The notes: generated from the sequence alone by a model not told the origin. Positions 19,814 to 30,701 are shown, counted from the first letter of the stretch. The stretch: 64,000 nt of DNA from Candidatus Krumholzibacteriia bacterium (GCA_963836185.1 CAWIIQ010000001.1:1344001-1408000), one strand, 5' to 3'. Translations and numbers: made by a program.

Positions 19814-21764
19814 ATGCCTGCCAGCGAAAAGATACTCAAGGGAATCGGACCAGTAAAGATCACGGATACGACTTTCCGCGATGGTCATCAGTCCACTCTC
19901 GCTACGAGGTTCCGTACCGGAGACATGCTTCCCATAGCCGAGAAGATGGATGCTGTCGGCTTCCATTCGATGGAAGTCTGGGGAGGAGCGACATTCGATG
20001 TCGCCACACGTTTCCTCAATGAGGACCCATGGGATCGACTTGTCGAGCTTAAAAAGAGGATAAAAAACACACCACTGCAGATGCTGCTGCGAGGCCAGAA
20101 TCTTGTCGGGTACAGAAACTACGCCGATGATGTCGTCGAGGCGTTTGTTTTCGAGGCGGCTGAAGCCGGAATAGACATATTCAGGGTGTTCGATGCGCTG
20201 AACGATGGACGTAATTTCGAAGCGTCGTTCGAAGCGATAAAGAAATCAGGCAAGGAGATTCAGGCAACACTCTCTTATTCCCTCACAGGGAACAGGCTCG
20301 GGGGCGAGGTGTTCGACCTGAAATACTATGTGGAGAAGGCGAAGATATTCAAGGATATGGGCGCCTCCTCGATCTGCATCAAGGATATGGCCGGGCTGAT
20401 GAATCCCTATGACGCTTACGATCTCGTAGGTTCCCTCAAGGCCGATGTCGGTATTCCGGTCCAGCTGCACTGCCACTATACCAGCGGCATGGCATCGATG
20501 ACATATCTCAAGGCTGTCGAAGCAGGTGTGGATGTGCTCGATTGCGCCCTGGCGCCGTTCGGCCTGAGGTCATCCGAGCCGGCGGTGGAACCGATCGTCG
20601 CCGCGCTCCAGGGAACAGGCAGGGACACCGGCCTCGATCTCGATCTGCTCTTCGAGCTGGGTGCGTATGTCGAGAAGGTCGCGCCAAAGTACAGGCGGTT
20701 CCTTAACCAGACGAGGATGGCTGTGATCGATACCGGTGTCCTGGAGCACCAGATCCCCGGTGGAATGCTCACAAACCTGGTCAGCCAGCTCAGGGAGGCG
20801 GAAGCGCTCGACAGGATAGACGAGGTATACAAGGAACTGCCCAGAACCCGCAAAGAACTGGGATTTCCTCCTCTGGTGACGCCGACAAGCCAGATCGTCG
20901 GTATACAGGCCGTACAGAACGTTCTCTTCGGGCGATACAAGATGATCAGCGGCCAGGTCAAGGATTACGCGTATGGTCTCTACGGGACTCCTCCGAGGCC
21001 GATGGATCCGAAGATACAGAAGCTCGCTCTCAAGGGATATCCCCGCGGCGAGAAACCGATAACGTGCCGTGCCGCTGACATGCTCGAACCTGAGATGGAG
21101 AAGGCGCGGGAAGGAGTGTAAAGGGCCTCGCGAAAAACGAGAGGGATGTCCTGATCTACGCGCTTTACCCGACTACGGGGACCAGGTTCCTGCGCTGGAA
21201 ATACGGGCTCGAGGAGCCGCCCGCGGAAGTGAAGCCTGTTACGCTCGAGGATGTGGCAAGGGAAGAGGAGCTTGTCGAGAAACTGCGCAGCGGTAATGTT
21301 TCCGTGTCAACGGGCAGGGGAGGAATACCGGATAAGGGCGCAGCGCTCAGGGCTTTCAATGTTTTCGTCGGAGATGAATATTACAATGTCGAGGTGGAGG
21401 AGGTCGGTGGAAAGACGCGGGCACGCGCCGCGGGAAACACAGCCCCGATAGTGATGAAGGACGGCGGCCGAAGGAAGAAGAAGGAAAAAAGGAATAAAGA
21501 TCAATGCCGAGAAGGCCAGCGCTTGCGCCGACACCGGGGATGGATCGGAGTTTACACTGACGGCTCCCATGCCAGGCATGGTCATAAGCTACGAAGTGAA
21601 GCGAAGGCGACAGTGTCGGAGAGGGAGATGTCCTCGTCGTTCTTGAGGCGATGAAGATGCAGAACAGCCTCACTGCAGGTGTCGCGGGAACTATCAAGTC
21701 GATAAAGGTCTCGCCCGGAATGTCGGTCGAAAAGAACCAGGTACTTCTGACGATCTCCAACTGA
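19814..21764 (+). CDS. Pyruvate carboxylase subunit B / oxaloacetate decarboxylase alpha-like (frameshifts near 21120 and 21480-21610)
   Basis: DTTFRDGHQS, EVWGGATFD, IKDMAG, HCH, PPLVTPTSQIVG; biotinyl domain APMPG..LEAMKMQN ending at TGA 21764. Confidence 0.85.
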
Positions 21765-21791
21765 ACGGAAAGTCGAAAAGGAGTCCAAGCC

Positions 21792-23887
21792 ATAGCAGCT
21801 TCAGGATCAACGCACCGTCTCAAATCTCATCCCATACTGCCGATAAGTGAACGAAAAGAGATCTCCTTTTCGTTCAACGGGGAAGAGATGAAAGCCCTGG
21901 AGGGCGAGGCTATCACCTCCGCTCTCTACGCTAACGGTATAAAGGTCTTCGGACATCATCCGCGTGACGGGGCGCCCCAGGGAATATTCTGTGTAAACGG
22001 CCAGTGCAGCCAGTGCATGGTCCTCGTTGACGGCGTCCCTGTGAAGGGATGCATGGTCGAGGTCCGTGAAGGGATGAAAGTGGCGAGCTGCGAGGGAGTT
22101 CCCGAGCTCCCGTATAGAGACGGCCTGCCTGAGTTCTCCAGAATTGATACGATCTCGACCGAGGTCCTCGTGATCGGGGGCGGCCCGGCGGGAATAAACG
22201 CCGCCATCGAGCTGGGGATGCTCGGTATCGAGACCTTGCTCGTTGACGACAAGAACGAGCTGGGGGGAAAGCTCACTCTTCAGACGCACCCCTTCTTTGG
22301 TTCGAGGGCAGACTGCTACGCGGGGATCCGCGGCATAGATATCGCGCACATAATGACGACAGAGCTCGCAAAGTTCGATTCAGTGAAGGTGATAACCGGC
22401 ACGACTGCGGTCGGGGCTTTCCTTGACGGCAAAGTCGGGATGTACGGTCCCGATGGATACTTCCTCGTCGAGCCAAAGGTCGTTCTCGTAGCGTGTGGCG
22501 CGCGCGAGAGGGGCCTCGCATTTCCCGGTTGCGACCTGCCCGGTGTATATGGCGCGGGAGCGTTCCAGACGCTGCTCAACCGCGACCTGATCATGCCGAC
22601 AGAGCGTCTCTTCATCGTCGGCGGCGGCAATGTGGGCCTGATTGCCGGGTACCACGCCATCCAGGCGGGGATAAAGGTACTCGGTCTCGTCGAGGCTCTG
22701 TCATAGATGCGGAGGATACAAAGTGCACGCCGACAAGCTGACGCGCCTGGGTGTTCCGATCTACACCTCACATACTGTCATATCCGCCGAGGGAGACGGA
22801 AAACTCGAGCGGATCACGACGGCCGCGCTGGACGAATCTTACAAACCGGTCGAGGGGATCAGCCAGTACCTGGGAAGTCGATACGCTTCTTGTCGCGGTC
22901 GGTCTCTCCCCGATAGATGAACTTTACTACAAGATGATGGAATTCGGTATTGAGTGCTATACCTGCGGCGATTCAGCTGAGATAGCCGAGGCTTCGGCGG
23001 CGATATTCAGTGGAAAGATCACGGGAAGAGAGATCGCCCGTGCGCTCGGACGTGACGTCGAGATCCCCGATGACTGGGCGGCGAAGCAGGATGTGCTCCG
23101 GAGCAAACCGGGCGCTGTTGTTGACTGGGAACCTGTCGCGGGGGATGGCAGGGCTTATCCTGTGATCAGGTGCGTCGAGGAGATCCCGTGCAATCCGTGC
23201 GTTGACTCCTGTTCGCATTGCTCGATAAAGATCCCTGGCGATCCGATTATGGGACTGCCTGAATTTTCCGGCGAATGCACAGGTTGCCTTAAATGCGTTG
23301 CGGCGTGCCCGGCCCTTGCGATCACCCTGGTCCGCCCGGATGCGGGAGAGGAAGAAGGCACTTCCATCGTTGTCGTGCCCTATGAACTCGAATTATCCGG
23401 TATCGAGAAAGGGAGCGAGGTCCATACTGTCGATTTCGACGGGAACCCGGTAGGTACGGGGAAAGTCGTAAGGGTGAACAAGGCGCCCGGAGACGCAAAG
23501 AGGATGCTTGTCTCGATAGAAATCCCGGCGCAGCAGGCGGTCGATGTAGCGGCCCTGCTCGAACTGGAAGCCGAGAAGGGCGATATGGGCGGCGGCATCG
23601 CCGATTCGATATCTGACGATACGATAGTCTGCAGGTGCGAGAGGATAACTGCCGGAGAGATACGCGGTGAGATCAGGGCGGGTGTGCTTGATATGAACAT
23701 CCTTAAAGCCACGGTGAGGACGGGAATGGGAGCATGCGGTGGAAAGACCTGCACAGAACTGATCCTCCGGCTCTACCGCGAAGAAGGGATCGACCTCGAG
23801 GACGTGACTCTTCCGACAGAGAGGCCGTTTGTAGCCGAAGTGCCGCTCTCGGCGTTCGCCGGTGTCAAGGGGGGTGACGGGAAGTGA
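21792..23887 (+). CDS. Fused 2Fe-2S / FAD oxidoreductase / 4Fe-4S / BFD-like protein, sarcosine oxidase or proline dehydrogenase alpha-like (frameshifts near 22705 and 22870)
   Basis: RLKSHPIL, GIFCVNGQCSQC, IGGGPAG, VGGGNVG, CNPCVDSC/CTGCLKCVAACP, VCRCE..GMGACGGKTC. Confidence 0.8.
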
Positions 23888-25054
23888 GTCTTGAGAAGTA
23901 CGATGCTATTGTGATCGGCGCTGGAAGCGTCGGCTGCCCGACAGCCTACTTTCTCACTCTGGAGGGACTCAAGGTCCTTGTCCTGGACAGCGAGCATTCC
24001 GCGGGCCAGGGACAGAACAAGGCAGCCATCGGAGGGGTAAGGGCTACCCATTCAGACCCTGCCAAAATAGCGATCTGCCTGGAGAGCCTCGAAGATCTTC
24101 TCCACCTGGAAGGAAAAGCACGGAACTGATATAGGATGGATAGAGGGCGGATACTGTTTCCCGGTCTACCGTGAGATCGACGAAGAAAAACTCAAGTCGC
24201 TTCTTCCCGTACAGAAGAGTTTCGGTCTGCATATAGACTGGGTCGGACCTGAGAAGATCATACAACTCGTTCCCGGCATCAATCCAGTCGGCCTTAGAGG
24301 CGGCACTTTCTCGCCGCACGACGGCCAGGTATCGCCGCTTAAGGCCGCAGCCGCTTTCTGGAAGGAGAGCAGGGACAGGGGGGCCGAATTCCGTTTCGGA
24401 GAACCGGTCACAGGCCTGTTGAGGAATGGAAGCAGGGTCGAAGGCGTTGAGACGAACAAGGGAAAGTACTATGCCGACGTAGTCGTTAACGCAGCCGGTG
24501 GTCAAGCCGCTGATATAGGAAGGATGTCGGGAATCGACATCCCCGTCGTTCCGGACAGTCATGAGGCCGGGATATCCGCGCCTATGGAGAGGTTCTTCGA
24601 CCCGCTCATCGTCGACATCAGGCCCGGACCTGAAGGAAGGACGGCCAACTTTTACTTCGGGCAGAACGACCGCGGCCAGGTGATCTACTGCTATACGCCT
24701 ATAACACCGATCGTCGGCACGGACAGAGCGGTCACATCGGAGTTCATGCCGGTAATTTCCCGCAGGCTGATCGATCTTATTCCCCGCCTGAAGAACATGC
24801 TCATAAGGCGTGTCTGGAGGGGGCTGTACCCGATGACTCCGGACGGGATCATCATCCTCGACAAGGTGCAGGATGCGGGAGGAGTCTACCTCGCAGTGGG
24901 AATGTGCGGGCAGGGATTCATGCTGGGGCCGGGGGTGGGACTGAACATGGCGAAGTTCATTGTCCGCGGCAAGCCTATCATCGATTCTGATATCTTCTCA
25001 TCGATCGGTTTCTACCGTGACTTCCACGCGAAGAGAGCCGAAGCGCTCAAGTGA
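23884..25054 (+). CDS. DAO-family FAD oxidoreductase, sarcosine oxidase/proline dehydrogenase beta-like (frameshift near 24090)
   Basis: YDAIVIGAGSVG, VVNAAG, WRGLYPMTPDG, GMCGQGFMLGP. Confidence 0.8.
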
Positions 25055-25081
25055 TCCAAGCCTTGCGATAATCTGAAAAAG

Positions 25082-25109
25082 AAGGCCGGGGATCACTCCC
25101 CGGCCTTTT
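25082..25109. terminator. Bidirectional terminator
   Basis: AAGGCCGGGGA-TCAC-TCCCCGGCCTT flanked by A and T runs between convergent genes. Confidence 0.75.
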
Positions 25110-25137
25110 AATTACTGACTCTTCCAGGCAGCTGGCA

Positions 25138-28100
25138 CTACCTCAGAAGAACCATCTTCTTCATGTTCTCATAGTTGTCGCCGGCGTTGATCTTGTAGAA
25201 GTAAACACCGGAAGCAACATTGGCCCCGAGATTGTTAGCGCCATCCCAGGTAAGTTCATGAGAACCAGCATCCATGACACCATTCTGCAGAGTCTTGACC
25301 AGCTGTCCAGCCACGTTGTAGATCTTCAGGCTTACGTGACCCTTGGAGGGCAGCGCAAACTGGATCCGCGTCGACGGGTTGAACGGGTTGGGGAAGTTCT
25401 GCGCGAGGCTGTAGGCCTTCGGGAGCTCGGTGTCGGTGTAATCGCCCGACGTCGCGTTCTCGAAGAACTCATAGGTTTTCCCGAGGAACGTGTTCCTTGC
25501 GGGAGCGCCTGCTACAGCGTCTCTGATCTGCATGAAGCTGTGTCCGACCCAGACAGTCCTGAGCGGGTAACCGGCACTGTTCACCTGTGAAGGTGTGTGG
25601 ATACCGGCGTAGTACGGCGCGGCTGCATAGTCAGGATACTGCAGTGCATAAGCGCCGGGGCCCGTTGTCTGAAGAACGTCGAAGTCGTTGATGATCGGGC
25701 AGCCGCCGAAGGCATAGTAGGTCATGCCTGCGTACGGTCCACCCGCAACACCGGTGATCAGAGGAGTTATCGTACCGCCGGCCGTACGGCCACCGGTAAG
25801 CTCGTAATAACTCGAGTTCTCAAGCGCGACACCACAGGTCGTGGAAACGAGCTCGAGAGCGATCGCCTGATCCGAATGGGAAAGGTCATAAGCGATCTGG
25901 TCGCCCATTACAAGGAGTCCGACCTTGTGGTCCGACTGATTCAGCCAATCTACGAGAAGCTGAGCGTCGTTCGACTTGTCGGAATTCTCCAGGGTTCCCT
26001 CAGAGATCGTATACGAGTTGAGATCTCCGGAATCAAAGATGACCTTCTCATAGGCCTGGCAGAAGATCGACTGAGGACCAGCTGCCGAAACGTATGCGCC
26101 TACACCGTTGCTGACACCGGAGGCCGGTGCGTTGGTGTCGTACCTGTCGGGCATAGCGTCAACCGAAGCTGAAACGGACGCGAATGCCGGATCATAGTAC
26201 GTCTGCACTGTTCCCACGAATGTGCCGCGACCATGGAAATCGTCGCAGTACAGGACGCCGGGAACTGTCCTCAGGGTAGGCAGGCAGGTAAACTCATACC
26301 TGTTTCCATCGACTTCCTCGGCCGAAGCCGGAAGAGTCGACGAATAGCCCAGGAGGTCATACGCTTTGAAGTAGTACTCGACCATGTAACCGCGCGTGAA
26401 GAGCGAGTCATTGAGGTCGATCGCGTAGGTCTCGGGTGTGATGGCACCGCTCGCGTTCTGAGCAGGCTCACACAGCAACACGGTCCAGTCACCGTCATCA
26501 CTGATGTAACGTCCATCCGAACCCTCGAGTATCATACCTGCGATGTCAGGCTTTCCGTCGGGGCCGAGGAAATGAACGTTGCAGTGGAAGTAGACTCTCT
26601 CTTCACCGGTCGCCAGGGTATCCAGGCCACCGGCAAGAGGGGCCGCGCACTTGACTGCAGCCGAGTCGCCCGGATCGATACGATCGGGCTCCGCGTCGGG
26701 GGCGATATCGACCGCCGCGTCGGCGCGACAGATCTCTTCCATAGGATCTACGCTGAACTCGAGTTCCTGGGGGAAGGTGTCCTGGAAAAGCTCCAGGCCA
26801 CGGAAACTCCAGGACGGACCTACAGTCGCGTAGCGGTAGAGACGTACATTGTCGAGCCACGGTGAAGGTGTATGGGCAGCACAGTCGTTGCCGCCTTCCC
26901 ACCAGACATCGCACATGTCAGTGACACCAACGGTCAGCTGTACAGGCTCAGAACCGACGAGGTCAGAGATGTCGAATCCGTTCTGGATGTAATCCTTGTC
27001 GGCGCCGTAGTAGACGTAGTTACGATCTCTCCACTGCCCCGGGCAGTTAGTAGCTTCATCTATGCTTCTAACCGACCAGGTGTAGTATACGAGGTTCTCC
27101 GACGGAAGGTCACGGTAGGTGACGAATCTCATGACGGCACCGCCGAGCGTGGCAAGGTCGCCAGCGTCGATGGGCATATCCTGATTTACGTCACAAGCCG
27201 ATGAATACCTTCTCATGTCGATGATAGGCGATATGACCGACTCGTCCTGACAGGGGGCGGAGATCCCGCCGGGGCCCGTGCAGAACGGAGTGTCGAACAT
27301 ACCGGGATAATCGGAACTGGGATAGGATGAACCGTTGAAGAAGATCAACTGAGCGCCGAAGTTGTCGGCACAGGGATCTTTGTCAACAAGGTTGTTCCTG
27401 AGGTCGGCGTAGGCGCCGAAAGCGTCTTCGACCGCACAGTTCCAGATACCAAGCTCGCCCTTGCTTCCAACGGCATAGCCTTCGAAATCCTCGTAATCGA
27501 GAAGTCCGGTGGCATCGGTGACCGAGATCTCATCGATGATGCAGGCACCATCGGTGTCCCAGAGACCGTCCTGGTCGGACCAGGCACCGTCAGCGGTAAA
27601 GTGGTAACGAAGCTTGGTGGCAGCCTGGGTAAGGAGAAGCTGATACGATGCGTCGAGTGTGTCAACGCCATCGAATACATCGATCTCGACCCAGTTCTCG
27701 TCACCAGCGTCGTACTCTACGTACGTGAAGTCAAAATCAGGCTCTGAATCGATGAGAGCCTTGAATGACCACGTAAGGATGCCAGTAAAGGGAATGACAT
27801 CCGTGTAGCACAACTGGTTCCAGCCGTTGCCGTAACCAGGTGCATTGATCCATGAGCAAAGGTAGAAATCGGTGCCCCCACGGGTACCGCACCACAGTGA
27901 CTTGGATCCTTCGATGGGAGCGAGACGCCCGAAGGCACCGCCGCCGAGCCCAGCGAAATCGTCAACGTGGAAAAACGTATCTACCTGAGCAGTTTTGTCC
28001 AGACTCGTCCAGCCCTGCCATGACATCGGCTCGAAGTCGTACCAGATTATACAGAAGGTATCAACTGCGGCCGAAGCCATCAGTGTCTGAGCACCCTGGT

Positions 28101-28245
28101 CGATGAGAGCAGGGTTTTCGTCATCCGTAACGGCTTTCATTACCTGAAGGCCGCTTCTGTCGATATCGCGCGCCGACACGGATCCGACGAACAGGGCAAG
28201 GAAACACAAGCCCAGTAAAATAACCACAGGGGTTTTCATAATCAT
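25138..28245 (-). CDS. Large secreted protein with FlgD-Ig/T9SS-like C-terminal domain
   Basis: Signal peptide; DSEPDFDF immune-inhibitor-A-like beta motif; C-terminal LAQNFPNPFNPST..IYNVAGQLVKTL..WDG..ASGVYFY..KKMVLLR; real start probably ATG 28239. Confidence 0.8.
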   Translation of the reverse strand: MIMKTPVVILLGLCFLALFVGSVSARDIDRSGLQVMKAVTDDENPALIDQGAQTLMASAAVDTFCIIWYDFEPMSWQGWTSLDKTAQVDTFFHVDDFAGLGGGAFGRLAPIEGSKSLWCGTRGGTDFYLCSWINAPGYGNGWNQLCYTDVIPFTGILTWSFKALIDSEPDFDFTYVEYDAGDENWVEIDVFDGVDTLDASYQLLLTQAATKLRYHFTADGAWSDQDGLWDTDGACIIDEISVTDATGLLDYEDFEGYAVGSKGELGIWNCAVEDAFGAYADLRNNLVDKDPCADNFGAQLIFFNGSSYPSSDYPGMFDTPFCTGPGGISAPCQDESVISPIIDMRRYSSACDVNQDMPIDAGDLATLGGAVMRFVTYRDLPSENLVYYTWSVRSIDEATNCPGQWRDRNYVYYGADKDYIQNGFDISDLVGSEPVQLTVGVTDMCDVWWEGGNDCAAHTPSPWLDNVRLYRYATVGPSWSFRGLELFQDTFPQELEFSVDPMEEICRADAAVDIAPDAEPDRIDPGDSAAVKCAAPLAGGLDTLATGEERVYFHCNVHFLGPDGKPDIAGMILEGSDGRYISDDGDWTVLLCEPAQNASGAITPETYAIDLNDSLFTRGYMVEYYFKAYDLLGYSSTLPASAEEVDGNRYEFTCLPTLRTVPGVLYCDDFHGRGTFVGTVQTYYDPAFASVSASVDAMPDRYDTNAPASGVSNGVGAYVSAAGPQSIFCQAYEKVIFDSGDLNSYTISEGTLENSDKSNDAQLLVDWLNQSDHKVGLLVMGDQIAYDLSHSDQAIALELVSTTCGVALENSSYYELTGGRTAGGTITPLITGVAGGPYAGMTYYAFGGCPIINDFDVLQTTGPGAYALQYPDYAAAPYYAGIHTPSQVNSAGYPLRTVWVGHSFMQIRDAVAGAPARNTFLGKTYEFFENATSGDYTDTELPKAYSLAQNFPNPFNPSTRIQFALPSKGHVSLKIYNVAGQLVKTLQNGVMDAGSHELTWDGANNLGANVASGVYFYKINAGDNYENMKKMVLLR

Positions 28246-28260
28246 TTTCTCCTAAATAGT

Positions 28261-28396
28261 GGTCGGCTATTCAGAGTTACAGGAAGACAATAACAGCGGA
28301 TTTTTACCCTCCCTACAGCGGTCGGCTGGACAGAGTTACACTCAGGCCCGGTTCAGAGCATAAGCTTCCTCCAGATTCTGGTCGGCGGGTTAACAC
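28261..28396 (-). repeat. Three ~60-nt periodic leader repeats
   Basis: GGTCGGC at 28261, 28320 and 28380; units 1 and 2 share GGTCGGCT-nnn-CAGAGTTACA. Confidence 0.65.
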
Positions 28397-28598
28397 GCGA
28401 TAGGGCACGTCAAATTCGGTGGGTACTTGTATACTAGCACAAAACGGCCATGATTCCAATCACTAAATCCATGGAAACGCGCGGAATGCCGCACGGAAAT
28501 CATCATTAATATTACTTGCCGGCAAGGTCTCTCAAAGAAGGCACAAAAAAGACTTGAAAAGGGTAGGTGGTATAATATATTCACTTTACTCATGGGGA

Positions 28599-28674
28599 GC
28601 TGGTGTAGCTCAGCTGGTAGAGCAACGCACTCGTAATGCGTAGGTCATCGGTTCAACTCCGATCACCAGCTCCA
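28599..28674 (+). tRNA. tRNA-Thr (CGT)
   Basis: GCTGGTG/CACCAGC acceptor stem, ACGCA-CTCGTAA-TGCGT anticodon arm, TTCAACT T-loop, CCA; extended -10 TGGTATAAT at 28568-28576. Confidence 0.97.
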
Positions 28675-28714
28675 TTTTCTTTTCCTCACTCACATCTTCC
28701 CTGGAGGTCTCAGT

Positions 28715-30667
28715 ATGAAAAGACTGATCCCCGTTCTTCTGGTTCTAGTTCTCCTGGTCCCGATGATCGTTTCCGCCGAGGAAAAGGTCGAGAGGCGGGA
28801 GGAAGGGAATCTAGTAATAGAGGGTATTCCTGATATCCCGCAGGGTCTGAAGGACCGGATGTTCCAGTACCAGAATACACGGGGTGCAGGTGTAAGGGGC
28901 TGGGCCGCGGATGGATCCGGTATATACATAGGAACGAGGTTCGGCGAGACATCGCAGATACATTTTGTCAAGAAGCCGGGCGGCGCGCGAAACCAGATAA
29001 CATTCTTCAATGAGCCTGTAGGCGGAGCGTCAGTCTGCTCAGATCTCTCAAAGAACGGTTTTCTTTTCGGCAAGGATGTCGGAGGGGGAGAGTTCTACCA
29101 GATATTCTGGTTCGACGTTCCAACGGCCAAGTATACGATGCTCACAGATGGCAAGTCGCGTAATGGAGGTTTCAGCTGGTCGAATAGCGGTGACAGGTTC
29201 GTCTACTACACGACAAAGCGCAATGGCCGGGACTGGGACCTTTACTCATCGACGATCGAGAAGCCCGAAGAGGCAAAGCCGGTCCTGGAAGAAGGCGGCG
29301 TCTGGTTCCCGATGGACTGGTCTCCCGACGACTCGAAGCTACTGGTGGGGCGTTACGTGTCGGCGAATGAGTCGTACGGCTATGTCCTCGATATGAGCTC
29401 CGGCGCCCTGGAGCAGATGAACCCTTCAGAGAAGCAGATCGCTTACGGAGGCTCGATCTGGTCGGCCGATGGAAAGGGTGTATTCTTTTCGTCAGATGAG
29501 GACACGGAGTTCCAGCACCTCAGGTATTACGATCTCGATAAGAAAAAGCAGAAGATCCTCACGGAGAAGATCCAGTGGGATGTCGAGGGGATGTCGATCA
29601 GTCACGATCGCGGTACCCTTGCCTTTACAACAAATGAGGACGGGATAACGAAGCTCTACCTGATGGACACAAAGAAGATGAAGTTCAAGCCTGTAGAGGG
29701 TTTCCCCGTCGGCAGTATCGGCGGGCTCGCATTCAGTCCCGACGACTCGAAGATCGCGTTGTCGGTGAGCAGTCCAAGCTCGACGGGTGACGTCTACGTC
29801 CTCGACCTGGCGGACATGTCTATCGAGCGATGGACGTACAGTGAGATCGGCGGGCTCGACAGCGATTCGTTCGCCAAACCGAAGCTCTTCCACTACGAGA
29901 CGTTCGACAAAGTCGACGGCAAGCAGCGTGAGATCCCCGCGTTTATATTCAAGCCGACGAAGGGTGAGGGACCTTATCCCGTTCTGATCAGCATCCACGG
30001 CGGCCCCGAGGGACAGTTCACTCCCTACTTCTCGGCTACCTATAATTATATGATCAACGATCTCGGCATTGCTGTTATCGCCCCCAACGTCCGCGGCTCT
30101 TCCGGCTACGGCAAGAGTTACCTCCAGCTCGATAACTGGGAGAAGAGGGAAGACTCCGTATTCGATATCGGCGCCCTTCTTGACTGGATCGAGAAGCAGC
30201 CCGATCTCGACAAGTCGCGCATCTGCGTCTACGGCGGATCGTATGGCGGCTACATGGTCTACGCCGCGATGACCCACTACAACGACAGGCTCAAGTGCGG
30301 GATCGACGTCGTCGGTATCAGCAACTTCGTCACCTTCCTCGAGAACACGAAGGAGTACCGCCGCGATCTCAGGAGAGTCGAGTACGGCGACGAACGTATC
30401 CCCGAGATGAGGGAACTTCTCGAGAAGATCTCTCCGACTACGAACGCGCACAAGATCACGAAGCCGATGTTCATCGTCCAGGGTTTCAACGACCCAAGGG
30501 TTCCCGCCAGCGAGGCGGAGCAGATGCTCGCCGCCATCCGTAGCAACGGGGGCGAAGCGTGGTACCTGCTCGCGATGGATGAGGGTCACGGGTTCAGGAA
30601 GAAGAGTAACCGGGACTACATGATGTATTCGATGATGATGTTCCTCGAGAAATACCTGCTCGACTAG
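28715..30667 (+). CDS. S9 family (prolyl oligopeptidase/acylaminoacyl) peptidase, secreted
   Basis: Signal peptide, beta-propeller repeats, IHGGPE, PNVRGSSGYG, GGSYGG nucleophile, NDPRV, DEGHGF. Confidence 0.92.
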   Translation: MKRLIPVLLVLVLLVPMIVSAEEKVERREEGNLVIEGIPDIPQGLKDRMFQYQNTRGAGVRGWAADGSGIYIGTRFGETSQIHFVKKPGGARNQITFFNEPVGGASVCSDLSKNGFLFGKDVGGGEFYQIFWFDVPTAKYTMLTDGKSRNGGFSWSNSGDRFVYYTTKRNGRDWDLYSSTIEKPEEAKPVLEEGGVWFPMDWSPDDSKLLVGRYVSANESYGYVLDMSSGALEQMNPSEKQIAYGGSIWSADGKGVFFSSDEDTEFQHLRYYDLDKKKQKILTEKIQWDVEGMSISHDRGTLAFTTNEDGITKLYLMDTKKMKFKPVEGFPVGSIGGLAFSPDDSKIALSVSSPSSTGDVYVLDLADMSIERWTYSEIGGLDSDSFAKPKLFHYETFDKVDGKQREIPAFIFKPTKGEGPYPVLISIHGGPEGQFTPYFSATYNYMINDLGIAVIAPNVRGSSGYGKSYLQLDNWEKREDSVFDIGALLDWIEKQPDLDKSRICVYGGSYGGYMVYAAMTHYNDRLKCGIDVVGISNFVTFLENTKEYRRDLRRVEYGDERIPEMRELLEKISPTTNAHKITKPMFIVQGFNDPRVPASEAEQMLAAIRSNGGEAWYLLAMDEGHGFRKKSNRDYMMYSMMMFLEKYLLD

Positions 30668-30701
30668 GCGTTATGGGTAATATAGACAGCTTCCCTGAAT
30701 G

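Noticed and set aside
14400-24150. Programmed ribosomal frameshifting
   Set aside because: No consistent slippery sites, and these gene families are not known to be recoded; sequencing error is more parsimonious
28261-28396. CRISPR array
   Set aside because: Only three short degenerate units; no cas genes; the third unit contains the gene's RBS
28435-28450. sigma54 promoter on the minus strand (TGGCCGTTTTGTGC)
   Set aside because: GG-GC spacing is 9 rather than 10 and the -12 element is poor
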